A stretch of 64,000 nt of DNA. Origin: Mayamaea pseudoterrestris (lineage: Eukaryota). The first letter of the stretch is position 1. Every line of letters starts with the position of its first letter. The position numbers and the translations under genes are program-made. The stretch spans positions 62,001-126,000 of the forward strand of contig BROI01000002.1 in assembly GCA_027923505.1 (NCBI GenBank). Direction: 5' to 3'. Positions 12,006 through 24,077 of the stretch are shown here, in pieces. The notes beneath the pieces are model-generated. The model made no database searches. It had not been told where the DNA came from and saw only the letters and a list, made by a program, of their open reading frames with translations.

Positions 12006-14110
12006 TCATTCGTCATCCACGGCGACTGCATAAAGGCGCTGGACGCAAGTAGGGTAGATCCAACCATCAGGGACTTTCAATACTTGCACCCCCTGTCGTT
12101 CAGTGTCGCCAAGACAAAGCACAATCGTCCCATACGGAATGCGCCGCTTGAATACCTTCACATCAATTCCGTACGCATCACTATATACGACCGCACCTGT
12201 GCTCGGAACCGATGCCCGATAAAGCGCCGGAAAAGGCAAGGAAGGAGAAGTGCGTGGCTTAGCAGTCGCAGTGTCATGCTGCGGACCCGTGCGGTCGATT
12301 GATGAGGCTCGCGGTGGTTCATCATTCTGAGCAACTTGCTCATGATCACCAGCTGCTCTGATCTCGTCTTCATTAGCAATCTCAATCGCTTCATTGTTGT
12401 CATCATTATTCTCTAATTCCGGCATGAATCCTTGGATTGCGCGTATTGCTGCAGCCATCTCGGCAGCACGCCGCGTGCGCTCTTGTGCTTCCATGGCCGT
12501 TATGTCACTTCGACAAGTGGGACACGACTGCTGCTGCACCAACCATTCGCGAAGACAAGATTTGTGAAACAAGTGGTTACAGACAGGTAGCTGCTTGCAG
12601 TCGGCGACTGTCATTTCGTCTCGGCAAATGATGCATACGCGTCCAGCTTCCTCCAATTTCTCGTCCGTCACGTTTGCAAACCGATCCATGCTAGCCATGA
12701 GCCGTCGGTATTTCATAAAGGATGTGAGGCGCTCCTTGAAGGCAGCAAAACTAACATACACCTGTGGCAGAACAAGAGAGGCAAGCGAATGGGTAAGCCA
12801 ATGTTACAAAATCATCTGACCATAACAGGCATCATCGCGATACGAACCTCTCGCAGCAGGTTGATTGGCGGTCCATAGTACGTGAGCACAATACCAAAGA
12901 ATGAAACGTAGAACAAGAATTGCACAGCTTGCGCCTGTAGCTCGACGGCAAAGGTGAACGTCGCCTTGTAATCCTTCCAATGTGGCAATATGAATCGTTT
13001 GGTGATGCCAGGTTTCGCTCCCAAAACGTGAAGCGCCCCATCCATGGCATGTAGCAACCAAAGCATTATGTGACTCCAGGCTGACACGAGTAGAATGGTT
13101 GCTTCAAACAAGAATAGCATATTGACACTTGGTCCATGCTGAATAATGCTCAAGGTCATGGCGTGCACCAAGACGCAGTCAAAGCACTGCAGCAGCACCA
13201 ACAGAATGAACAACTTGAAATGAACCCATGGCACTCGCATTGGTCCAATGTGCCACCATTTTCGTACAGCGGGTGTACTGTCGGTTCCAGTTCCAAACAA
13301 ATTGCCGTCTAGTTCATCGTTATCATTCGGATCATTCGAAACGACAGTTTCCTGCGTCAGACGCGTATGATTCTCGCGCAACATGGTGACATGATGCATC
13401 GACTTGATCCACACCAAGCACAAAAACTTGATGGCCGTTCGTCCATCCAACTCGCTCCGAAACATGGTCAGCGCCAAACACGTTTCCGGCAAGTTCCACC
13501 GAAAAAAGTCCTGCAAACCTTCGGCTTCCTGCAAACGCAAACCATTCAACAAGCCTTGCACCATAACGTCAAATAATTTAACGGCGAGTGCAACGAACGC
13601 ATTCCCAATAATCAGCAAGGCCCACTTGCTGCTCGAAAGGTACACGAGCGCCAAGTACCATTGGGCCTGTCTTGTGCGGAGCGCGTAGTAAATCATGGCC
13701 GATGCGAGAATGAGCGACGTGGTGCAATAGTTCCAAAAGCGATTTCGCTTGGCGGTTTCGAGGATGGCATTGATATTATGATTGTTGGCAGCTCCATCTA
13801 CTGCAGCATCATGATTAATTGCTTCATTTCCGTCGCCTTGCTGTCCATGCAAGGGGTTATCATGGTCCGGCTGCTGCTGCTCCTGATCACCTCCCTGCTC
13901 CAGCAGTCGTCGACGCTCCTCTGCTTCCTCCTCTGCCTCTCTTTCCAAACGCCGCGCAATATTTTGCTCCTGCTCCTCCCGCAGCAGCCGCTCCTCGATT
14001 TCTCGCTGCACTCGATTCGCTTGTGTTTGTTGTTGCTGCTGCTGCTGCAATGCACGCTGGCGGCGGAGTTCCGCGACCTCAATATCGCCAAGAGGAACTT
14101 GATTATTCAT
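12006..14110 (-). CDS. HRD1: HRD1/synoviolin ERAD E3 ubiquitin ligase; intron 12762-12847
   Basis: Multi-TM N-terminus (ETCLALTMFR, P.NLLREVY), RING-H2 CIICRDEM...CNHLFHKSCLREWLVQQQSCPTCR. Confidence 0.9.
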
Positions 14111-14746
14111 TTGTTATTTTGAATTAACAAGACAGCCTTATTCTATTGTAGTTACTATGTATCGAACGAAAATCCTTGAATAGTACGGGAGCGAGCGATG
14201 ACTCTTTCATTAGCGTGTTTCGCCGTTCGCCATGGCGGCGTCAAACCTCCAGCTGGATGTCGCAGTTTGCAAAGCGGCACTCAATCTAGCTTCCGCATGT
14301 CGACCTGCCAGCAAACGATCTAATACTTTATCGATATGAATGATAGCAGTATTGCACCTGAACTATATTTGTCAGCATATTTATTGTATTTTGTTAGTTA
14401 TTCTTGGCCGAGTGACCGTACCGGTAGCCGGGCGTTAATTCATCGTACTGGATGGCCCTTCATCGATCACCACACCAGACTGTCCATGTAGGAAAGAAAC
14501 GACAAGTAGTTAATGCGCGGTGGTACAGTGTATGTGAAATCGACATACCATTGCGCGCTTGGTAGTGGCGGCATAGGCAATCATTTACTGACTTGCTCAT
14601 AAATTCTGCATACTGGTATTAATAGCAGCGTAGTGCGGTCAAGGATGGCGAGTCACGTCCTTCCAGTAGTGACGGCCACGGCAAAGTGCCAATCTATCCT
14701 TGAAACGCAAGTCTTCATCTTCATCACGCATCACATTGTTCAACTA

Positions 14747-15588
14747 TCATACGAGTGTATTGGTCAGCGCGGGAAAAGCAATTTCCAGATCGTCCTCTTG
14801 CTCAGTGAGCATCACCATCCTCTCGACAACCGCTTGAAACAGCTCCTGTTCCTTCAAAAACATTATAATAAGCTTGTATCCTGGGCAGCAGTGGAACTTT
14901 TTGGGCGTTTGATACTCGGTAACAACCCTTTCAAGCAGCAAAACACTAGAATGTGCATGTGTTTCGTCTTTGAGACCGGAGCGGATTCGAACAATGTCAT
15001 TCCACGGCACGAAATACGTGATTCCTGAAAAACAAACGATCAAACGAAAAGTGAGTCGGATCAAATGTAGTTCACGTGATACGCAATGGGCCGCGACAAA
15101 GAATCTCACTTACGATAGATATCGACATGGAGCATTCCTTCCAACGTGACGGCTGTACGCGGCAGAGCAGAACATACAGCCTTGTATAGCATCCATGTCG
15201 AATAGAGCAATAAGGCGGTGAATAAGAGTCTCGTGAGCACCAAACCTTCTCCTTTGTCAACTTTCCACACAGAAACGGTGATGAGTGCGAATGGCAGGAA
15301 CAGACCCAAGCTAAACAAAAGGCCTATCATGTACAACCCGCAAAACTGCCAACGCCGGTGATCAAAGACGGCAAGAATCTCATGCTTGTCGTCACGCTTG
15401 TCAAAGTAGCTGTCCTGCCATGTATGGCCCACGAGCTGCGGAAGCATCTCCATGGTGCGTGCGTCGGGCGCAAAGGACTTGGTGGCATGGTCGAATGTGC
15501 TGCCACATTGACTCGAATCTATAGTAGTAGCAACTGACACGGCATCCGTCGTGAGCGAAATCTCGTCCACATCCGTCGCCAATTTCAT
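14747..15588 (-). CDS. Hypothetical membrane protein; intron 15025-15113
   Basis: Two hydrophobic segments; a GTAAGT..CAG intron joins the ORFs in frame. Confidence 0.6.
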
Positions 15589-16268
15589 GCCAGTAACGCT
15601 ATGGCTCGTTATGGAGGCTGAGATTGACTACTATGTCTCGCGGCGTCGAGCGACGAGCGTTTAAATGTCGCAGGGCTTAGCAAAGCGGTTATCAATAGAG
15701 TCCAAGTATTCACACTTTGCATTCATTCTCTATAACCTTGTTTGTGTACGATTCAAGAAAAAAAGGTACAATTCTTTTCTTGCACGACTCCTCCAACTTC
15801 CGTTCCGGAGCTTTTTACGCACGGTATTCATGACGCCACGGCTGGTCTTAAGATTGTGCAACCAAAAGAAACGAGATTTGGATTCACAAGATTGCCCGCG
15901 ATCATGTCAGTCCATGAACGCATTGCTGCACAAATGAGCACTTCGGTTCTGTCAATTCGCTTAATGCACTTTTGGCTCTTGTCATGGCATATGAACATTA
16001 CTTACGTGAGCACTTGTGATCTGCCACGTTTGTTGCATGCATGTTTGGCTCTCGTCTTTGATGTGCATTCACGACGCCTCGCCAGAATCAAATGCTGAAA
16101 ACACAGCGGAACAAGCGGGCAATCTTACCAATGCTGTGCTTGCGACTATTTAGCTCGTCCAACCTTGGTAGATCCTGCTCAGAAACGAGACCTGGCAAAA
16201 TCATTGATTTTTCCAAACTCCCGCTGCCATAAATTACAGTCAGCTTCGCTTCACCCTGTCAAGAAACC

Positions 16269-16727
16269 ATGACGTTCATCAAGAAGACTCTCTTCATTCT
16301 CGCCTTTCTTGTCGTCTCTTCGCTCGCGGATAGATGCCAAGCCGACTGGCGCCAGATTCGCAGGCGCCTCGCCAGCGCCAAGCGCCGCTGGGCTCGCAAG
16401 GCGCCATCGGTAGGTTGCTACAACATGTCCATCGAAAAGGTATGCCTTTGTCCGGATTGTATTGGACCACAAGACGTAAAGGTCGTCAGGAGCAAGATTC
16501 AGAATCCTCAAAAGTGCACCAAGGACTTGCCGACGGTCAGTGAACTGTTTGATTTGGTCGAACAGTATTGCGTCAAGGACTGTCCGAGCTCTGGCGCCTT
16601 CAGTTGCGAGGTTGAATTTGATGACAAATATGGATATGTCACGGACCTCAACATCGATGTGGTTGAAAATATGAAAGATGAGGAGCTTATTTATTCTGTC
16701 AAGAAATTAAGCTTCTGCAAGAAATGA
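16269..16727 (+). CDS. Secreted DUF6174-like protein
   Basis: Signal peptide; Y....CxC, PTVSELFDLV, VEFDDKYGY....ID...DEE..YSV pattern, recalled from bacterial DUF6174. Confidence 0.65.
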   Translation: MTFIKKTLFILAFLVVSSLADRCQADWRQIRRRLASAKRRWARKAPSVGCYNMSIEKVCLCPDCIGPQDVKVVRSKIQNPQKCTKDLPTVSELFDLVEQYCVKDCPSSGAFSCEVEFDDKYGYVTDLNIDVVENMKDEELIYSVKKLSFCKK

Positions 16728-16823
16728 TTTGGGTTGACGGGCATTATATATCAAGTAACAGCAATTAGTAAACCGTCCATTTCTTACTACTGCATAGACC
16801 AGACTTTGTTGACGATCGGTTCT

Positions 16824-19802
16824 TTACTCCATGTCCTCTTCAATATCTTTAGGGTCTACCTCGTCAATCGAATCCCACGTTGTCCACACAGCCATGTCGG
16901 GATCATAGTTTGGCCCGACAAACAGCTTGGACCAATCCTTCTTGACTGGCGCTTGAACTGGCGATCCCATTCGAACGACCAGCTGGCCCGTGCTATTTGG
17001 CTCCATTCTCATTATTAGCGAGGACCGCTTGTAGCGCTTCTTGGGCGGGTTGTTGACAAGCTCGTCTTCGAGGTCCGTGTTGTCAGAGGTTTCATGATCG
17101 CTCCCGTCAATCTCGCTCGCCGCAAATGAAGCAGGCTCATCAAGTTCAAGCAGACTCGAATTGTCTGTAGTCGGCATGCTGACTGGCTCGCTATCGCCGC
17201 CGGCCTTATAATTGGGCGATGCTGCTGCAGCAGGTTGCTTCAAGCGGTCGTTGACGTGGGCAGCTGTAATTTTAACGTGCGACTGATCGGACCCTGTCGC
17301 TGCTGCTGATGGCAAAGTCTTTGATTGGCTACTTGTCGCCTTGGCATTGGAATAAAGCGCAATGGATTTTGAAACCGGCGCAAGTGATTGCTGCTCGACC
17401 CCCGTACCTGTTCCACTCGGGAGTACGGGAGTGGCAATTTCCATGTCTGACTGATTCGAGTCTACTGCTGCTGGCAAGGAAGCGATTAGGCTACCTGTTG
17501 CCTTGGAATTTGCATTGAGCACCATGGGTTTTAAAGCAGGCGCTTGTGAACGCTTCTCGACCCCAGTACCGGTTTCATTGGCGAGTACAGCAGTGGTTGA
17601 TTCCATAACTGGCTGATTAGACTCTGCTGCTGCTACTGCTGCTGCTAAAGATAAAATGTTTGATTGCATACTTGTTGCCTCGGCGTTTGGGTCGAGCGCT
17701 ATGAAATTTGGTTCCGGCACAAGTGAACGCTTCTCAGCCCCAGCATCTCTACCACTGGTGCCTACAGCAGTGGTAATATCCATGACTGACTGATCCGGAC
17801 CAGTTGCTGCTGCTACCGCTGCCGCTAATGATAAAATGCGTGAGTGAATACTTGCTGCCTTGGCATTTGGATCAAGCGCAATGGAATTTGATTCCGGCAC
17901 AAGTGAACGCTTCTCAACCCCAGCACGATCTGCTGCTGCCGCTGCTGCCATTGGCAAAGTATTTGATTGGCTACTTGTCGCCTTGGCATTTAAATCAAGC
18001 GCAATGGCTTTTGCAACCGGCGCAAGTGATTTCTTCTCGACCCCAGTACCCGTCTCACTGGTGAGTTTTGCAGGGGCAACGACTGACTGATTTGTATCTG
18101 CTGCTGCTGATGGCAATATGTTTGATTGGCTACTTGTTGTCTTGGTGTTTGGATCAAGCGCAATGGATTTTGGAACAGGCGCATGTGAACGCTTCTCGAC
18201 ACCATCGCTCGTCTCACTAATTTGCCCCCGGACAGGACCAGCTGCTGCACGCAAAATTTGCAGTGGATCGAGTGTGTGAGGGCTGGCGGCAGTCGCAACG
18301 GCTGGCTTGTTGACGACAGCATTCTGCCTGCTAGACTCCTTCGACGACGTACTCTTCACCGGCGCTTGCAGTTGCGAACCTGCTTGCTTGTCCGCTACGG
18401 TGGCGCGCGTTGACACGAACCCAGACACTGATACATTAGAAGCTGGCGGTCGCGCCTTTGGAATCCTGTAGGCTTGAAAAGTGGGTGCCGTTGCCGATGA
18501 CTCGTTCGACGCGACCACTTTTTCCTTCGACGCGACCACTTTTCCAGAGGCAGAGCTGCTGCCAACAGAACGAGTCTTGGTTTGCTTCGTGTCATCACCG
18601 CGGGAAGTCACTTCCTCGGGCAATGTTTGTTTAGTTCCACTGGAAGCGACACCTTGTGTTATCTTCTTCTTGTTCATTTGGTTGAACTTTTCGTTTGGTT
18701 CCGGAAAGCGCCGAAAGCTGCTACTTTCGAGCGGCGCAAGATCCTTGGCATGCTGAAAGCAGTAAATGTCAGCGACAAGACGAGTCTTGTGACTGGGACG
18801 GCCTGGATAAAAGTACACTTGCCGATACATTGGCCAGTTTCCCGTTGGGCCACGATGCCAAATGGCGCATCCAACGTGTACCACACTCGTACAAATGTCC
18901 TTGTCCTTGTGCAGCTTCTTGCCAGCATATTCCTCGGGTTCATTCGCCGAGCACTGCACCGGAAACCGCACAATATCCGGTCTATCATCAATCTTGTGAC
19001 AAATGTAACACGGCGGAAGCTTTTTTGACGCCCGAATCGCCTTGGTCCACTGATTCTCACCCCTCCACGTGGGCAGCACCACGACAAAGTGATGAACCCC
19101 AACGTCGTGTTCCTCGGGCGTTTCCTGGAGTGCCTGCGTCAGCTCAAAATTGACGGATCGCTCGTCGTTTTCCACTTCCACGTCATCGTCGCCCATGTAG
19201 GTGCCCGAGGCGGTGCAGCCGTAGACGCAACCGGCGGTGCGACTGTAGGAGCAAATGAAGAGGGCGCACAGTGTGTGACACCACGCGGGTTGATACTGAA
19301 TGTTGTCAGTGCTACGACTCTTGAGCATGATTTGACGTCCCTTGGTGCCATGGTCGTCATATAGTGCATGCATGGCGAGGGGAATGTCTCGCATATTGAC
19401 CGTGCAGAGGGCGCACTCGGTGGGACGCTCCTTCACCGAAACGTCGTGCCGACTGCCGTCGAGCGCTCGTCCCTTGACGGTTGTTCCCACGGCCATGCAG
19501 GCCCAGCAGCGGACGGTCGGGTCGTACTCGAGGCTCCAGTCGCGTTGGTAGCATTCTATAAAAAGTAGGTTTGGTGTATATTGAGTGAAGTTAAGGGAGA
19601 TGATTATTTGTGAACGATAAGACTCGTTCGCATCAACATCACGTTCATTCAGTAACACACACTTACCATTGTGAAACAACACTCCACATTCGCTACAATC
19701 CTGCAAATGCATTCCCTCTTTACCATCCCCGCACCAGCATATCGAGCAGTAGCCGGGGAGCTTGCGATGCTTGACTTGTTGCGCAGCAGACGAAGCCGCC
19801 AT
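16824..19802 (-). CDS. PHD/extended-PHD (PZP-like) chromatin protein with internal repeats; probable intron 19556-19666
   Basis: CSIC..CSEC..H..C..CWAC, CALC, WCHTLCA, CYIC, HVGCA, YCFQH. Confidence 0.75.
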   Translation of the reverse strand: MAASSAAQQVKHRKLPGYCSICWCGDGKEGMHLQDCSECGVLFHNGKCVLLNERDVDANESYRSQIIISLNFTQYTPNLLFIECYQRDWSLEYDPTVRCWACMAVGTTVKGRALDGSRHDVSVKERPTECALCTVNMRDIPLAMHALYDDHGTKGRQIMLKSRSTDNIQYQPAWCHTLCALFICSYSRTAGCVYGCTASGTYMGDDDVEVENDERSVNFELTQALQETPEEHDVGVHHFVVVLPTWRGENQWTKAIRASKKLPPCYICHKIDDRPDIVRFPVQCSANEPEEYAGKKLHKDKDICTSVVHVGCAIWHRGPTGNWPMYRQVYFYPGRPSHKTRLVADIYCFQHAKDLAPLESSSFRRFPEPNEKFNQMNKKKITQGVASSGTKQTLPEEVTSRGDDTKQTKTRSVGSSSASGKVVASKEKVVASNESSATAPTFQAYRIPKARPPASNVSVSGFVSTRATVADKQAGSQLQAPVKSTSSKESSRQNAVVNKPAVATAASPHTLDPLQILRAAAGPVRGQISETSDGVEKRSHAPVPKSIALDPNTKTTSSQSNILPSAAADTNQSVVAPAKLTSETGTGVEKKSLAPVAKAIALDLNAKATSSQSNTLPMAAAAAADRAGVEKRSLVPESNSIALDPNAKAASIHSRILSLAAAVAAATGPDQSVMDITTAVGTSGRDAGAEKRSLVPEPNFIALDPNAEATSMQSNILSLAAAVAAAESNQPVMESTTAVLANETGTGVEKRSQAPALKPMVLNANSKATGSLIASLPAAVDSNQSDMEIATPVLPSGTGTGVEQQSLAPVSKSIALYSNAKATSSQSKTLPSAAATGSDQSHVKITAAHVNDRLKQPAAAASPNYKAGGDSEPVSMPTTDNSSLLELDEPASFAASEIDGSDHETSDNTDLEDELVNNPPKKRYKRSSLIMRMEPNSTGQLVVRMGSPVQAPVKKDWSKLFVGPNYDPDMAVWTTWDSIDEVDPKDIEEDME
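17300..18215 (-). repeat. Six degenerate ~40-60 aa coding repeats (GVEKRSLAPV.KSIALDPNAKATSSQSNIL.AAAA)
   Basis: Visible in both protein and DNA. Confidence 0.85.
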
Positions 19803-19999
19803 GGTGGAAAATGATGCGAGAGGCGCGTTTCGTCGAGTTTGAGTCGCGCTAGGACACTTTAAGTGCCGATGCGATGGCGCGATAGCGCGGCGTGCATGAA
19901 ACCGTTTCACCATGATGACGGAGACGACGAGAGCCGCCGCACCGCTAGATCGAATCCTTACCCATTGTCACAAGCCTTCCATGGCAAAGGAACGTCGCC

Positions 20000-21739
20000 A
20001 TGATTAGAATGTGTGGCTGCTGGAAATTGCTAAACATTCTATTCATTCACAATCTACTGCCATGTTTCAACACTGCAACAAACGCAGCAATTACAGATGC
20101 CGCCATGATCAACGACAAGAACGACTACTACTACGACTACACGATACTGGATCCGCAGTCGGCCTTTGGAACGCCCTACGGCGGCTGGTCCAGAGACTCG
20201 CAGAGTCGCATTGCGTCGCTCCCGCTCGCGTTGCCGTCGTCCAAGCAGGAACAACATGACGAAAACAGCGTTGATAGAAGTACCGAATCATCGACGACGA
20301 CGAAATACATGCATGTCCGCGACGCTCATGGTCAATTGTACGCCTGTCGCGTCTATGCGGAGGATGAGCTTGATCCAACGAGTGTACTAGAAGGCATGTT
20401 TGACCCGCCAAGGCTACGAGCAGTGGACACGAGCGACGAAACCAAGGGTCTATCTGCTGACAAGGATGAACATTTACTTGGCAGTGACATTGAACACAAC
20501 CACGAAACAGAAGCAACTCCAACGATGGATGCCATTCTCGACTTATTTGCCATGAACAAGATACTCCACAAGCTGAAAGGGTTTTGCGCGCACTTGCATA
20601 CGGGTTGGTGGTCCTACGAGTGGTGCTACGGCAAGCACGTGACGCAGTTTCACATGAGTTTGGAGAATGACAGAGTCAAAGCGAGCGACTTGACCAACCT
20701 TGGCAAGTACTCGAGTCGGACAATCGACACCAATGTAAAACAGTTGCCTATCAACCAATTGGCGCAGGGAGAGGAGGAAACGGCACGCATCACGGAAACG
20801 TACACCGGCGGCGACGTTTGCAGCGACACTAATACGCCGCGAGTTGCAACTGTCACCATGGTTTGCTGCAACCAAGAAGTCATGGCCAAGCACCAATCCA
20901 AATACAAGGCAAAAAGTCAGCAGGCGGCTGCAACTGGCGACGGCGACGATAACAGCGCACTGGAAACAGTCGTACACGCCGTGCACGAAAGTGAAACGTG
21001 CGAGTACGAGATTGTCGTTTGCACGCGACTACTCTGCGCCAGCGCGGCAACTGCCAACCTTGACGCCGACGCTACATTTCGAATCTTGTCGGGCGCCAAG
21101 GACAGTCCCTTTGGCAAGACGCGTCCACGAAACGAGAATGAATCAGTCCGCGAAATGTTGGATCGAAACTTGGCAAACGTTTGCATTCAAACGGCCACGA
21201 CTGGCTGGTGGACGTACGAGTTTTGTCACGGCAGCAGGGTGCGACAGTTTCACATTGAATTCACCACGAGCAAAACAGTGACGGAGTTGCCGTTCGCGGC
21301 ACATGTTGTGGCATCTGAGCACATATTAGGAAACTTTCAACAAGAACAAAGTGAATCTTATTTGAGCGAACACGAGCACAAAAGTGTTGTGAATGCCACT
21401 GCCACCAATCGAGGGGCCGACAAGGGAGGTAACGGTGCCTACTTTGAGGTAGAATACGCGTCTGGCGATGTTTGCGACGAGTCGGAAGTGACGGAGAGAG
21501 CCATTGTCGCGGGTGGCGTGAGCTCCTCGGGAAGCAAAATCAGTCGATCATCGTCCGTACGATACTACTGCGGCCACAGTTTTACACTGTCCGTCAACGA
21601 GGATAGCACTTGCCATTACGTCGTGGAAGTGACTGTTCCTGATTTATGCCATCATGCGTTGTTCAAGGCTCCCGCCATGGTCAAGCAAGTCGTCAAGTGT
21701 TTGCCAGTCGACGAGGAGAATGTGATTAATGCATTCTAG
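20000..21739 (+). CDS. OS-9/XTP3B (erlectin)-like ER lectin with two MRH/PRKCSH domains
   Basis: Signal peptide; two GWW(S/T)YE(W/F)C.G..V.QFH motifs, GDVC, E..TC.Y. Confidence 0.88.
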   Translation: MIRMCGCWKLLNILFIHNLLPCFNTATNAAITDAAMINDKNDYYYDYTILDPQSAFGTPYGGWSRDSQSRIASLPLALPSSKQEQHDENSVDRSTESSTTTKYMHVRDAHGQLYACRVYAEDELDPTSVLEGMFDPPRLRAVDTSDETKGLSADKDEHLLGSDIEHNHETEATPTMDAILDLFAMNKILHKLKGFCAHLHTGWWSYEWCYGKHVTQFHMSLENDRVKASDLTNLGKYSSRTIDTNVKQLPINQLAQGEEETARITETYTGGDVCSDTNTPRVATVTMVCCNQEVMAKHQSKYKAKSQQAAATGDGDDNSALETVVHAVHESETCEYEIVVCTRLLCASAATANLDADATFRILSGAKDSPFGKTRPRNENESVREMLDRNLANVCIQTATTGWWTYEFCHGSRVRQFHIEFTTSKTVTELPFAAHVVASEHILGNFQQEQSESYLSEHEHKSVVNATATNRGADKGGNGAYFEVEYASGDVCDESEVTERAIVAGGVSSSGSKISRSSSVRYYCGHSFTLSVNEDSTCHYVVEVTVPDLCHHALFKAPAMVKQVVKCLPVDEENVINAF

Positions 21740-22008
21740 TTTTGTTAAATGCATATATACGTTTAAAAAAATTGTCGTTACATAGCTAAACAGACGTTGT
21801 CTTTTCGGAACTCACAACCGGCACTGAAAAGACACCTTGAGTGACGTTTCGCAAAGGCGCGCCGTGATCGACATCATCCGTCGACGACTCTGTTTCGACA
21901 ATGTAGAAGGACGACGAGATAATCACAGAGCAAGTCCACTATAACGAAAGCATTAGTTGAGTATATTAAGAAAGAGCAAGTAAAGTTGTGAATGTCAAGC
22001 AGTAGAAC

Positions 22009-23532
22009 ATGATGAGACGAGCAGCCATCATCATTTTCATACTCTCGAACGTTTGCTCGAACATTGACGTTTCCGTCGCAGCCTTTGAGACGTCCATGCC
22101 AGTCATCAAGCAAACAAAACTAGCAGTCGCTGCTTCGCAAGAGACTACTACTAGTCAAGACAGTAATATTTCTTATGTGATTGCCAGGGGCGACGGAAGC
22201 TCCGGCGGAGGAGGCGTGGCCATGCCAAACAATGACGCTGGCACGTTGAAACGGCCCAAGGTTGGAGCCGCCATGCCAATCGGTCGGCCCTCTTGGTTTC
22301 ACGTTCCTGCACCATCGAAAGGTAAGTAAATAAAGTGTTTGCTTTTTCATAAGAGACTATACAGTACGTGAAGCTCATACGATCAATTGTTGTATATACT
22401 TACATTTTCTTGTCGCAGCCGCCGACTCGCGATACGCACAAGTCAAGGAGTCGCTCAGCAAGCTCACACTCAACACAGTCTGCGAGGAAGCCAAATGCCC
22501 CAACATTGGAGAGTGCTGGAACGGAGGGACGGGGACTATTATGCTGCTCGGTGATACCTGGTAGGTGTCAGTGACGAATAGTTTGAGTGGAACAAGAAAA
22601 GAGTGCGCCAATATATAAGGCGTCGTGATAATCTTCTCCTCGCGGTGTTGCCACTCTTGATAATTTCAACGCGCCATTTTTAATATTTTTGTTTGCCATT
22701 TTGCAGCACACGCGGATGCATGTTTTGCGCCGTCAAGACGGATGCCAAACCGCCTCCTCCCGATCCGTTCGAGCCGTTCAAGGTATGCCGCCAGCAATCC
22801 GTTATTGGCATGTGCTCCAGTTGCAGCGTGATGCTTTTGACGCCGTGACTCATCACTTTTTACTACATGCTAAATCCTTTTCTTACACAGACAGCCCAGG
22901 CTGTCGTTGAATGGGGCGTCGACTACATTGTCATGACGTCCGTCGACCGCGACGACATTGCCGACGGTGGCGCGCAGCATTTTGCGCACACGGTGCAACT
23001 CTTGAAGCAACTCAAACCAGACATTTTGGTGGAATGCTTGGTGTCCGACTTTGGCGGCAATCTACAGTCCGTCGACATTTTGGCCACGTCGGGACTGGAT
23101 GTGTACGCGCACAATGTGGAAACGGTCGAGCGGCTGCAAAAGTTTGTGCGCGACCCTCGCGCCGGATATGCGCAAAGCTTGTCCACCTTGGCGCATGCCA
23201 AGCAAATGCAACCTGGTTTGTATACCAAGACGAGTGTGATGCTGGGCTTGGGCGAGACTGATGAGGAAGTCATTCAAACAATGAAGGATCTGCGGGCGAT
23301 TGATGTTGACGTTGTCACCTTTGGACAATACTTGCGGCCTACTGAGAATCACTTGTCCGTTGTTGAATATGTGACGCCGGAAAAGTTTGATTACTTTCGA
23401 AATGTTGGCGAAGACATGGGTTTCAAGTATGTGGCGAGTGGTCCCATGGTGCGAAGCTCCTACAAGGCAGGCGAGTTCTTTATGGAGCACATGATCAAGA
23501 CGGAGAGGCAGCAGCAGCAGCTACAGCAATAA
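22009..23532 (+). CDS. LIP1: Lipoyl synthase, probably plastid-targeted; introns 22322-22418, 22561-22706, 22783-22890
   Basis: Spliced [54 protein letters not shown]; signal peptide followed by AAF. Confidence 0.95.
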
Positions 23533-24077
23533 CAATAACAGTAACAACAAGTGATGGCAGGCGACAACCTGATTTAACAGCAGCTCATGGGCCAAAGATA
23601 TGCTGTATGACATACTTTTTTGAGATTGGACTTTGTTGTGGCTCGCAACAGGGCAAAATCCTAGTTGTTTCCGGCTCTACTCACTGTAACATTGTTATTG
23701 CTGCAGCATGCCTAAACGAGCTGAGCTATAATGAATTTGATGCATAAATAGGTGCACTACTGTATCACGTCTTTGATGTGCTTCCATTGCCCTAAACACA
23801 ATGCATACCTTAGCAGTATGTATGTAGAACGGAACCAATGGAGCTTTCTTCCACATGACCAAGCACGGACACTTTACCTACGTTCAAAACTTCAATCACC
23901 ACAACTTCATTTTAGAGAGTTATGTACTTTGGTATGAACTTGCAGTACCACAACAAGGGGATGAATACAACAATAACTGACGAGCCGCTCTGCGACAGCA
24001 TTACATGTCGTACCGGTGCGTGACGGCGCGGGGTTGATCGAAACTGTTCCTCGACGTCACCATGGAGATGTTAAAAA

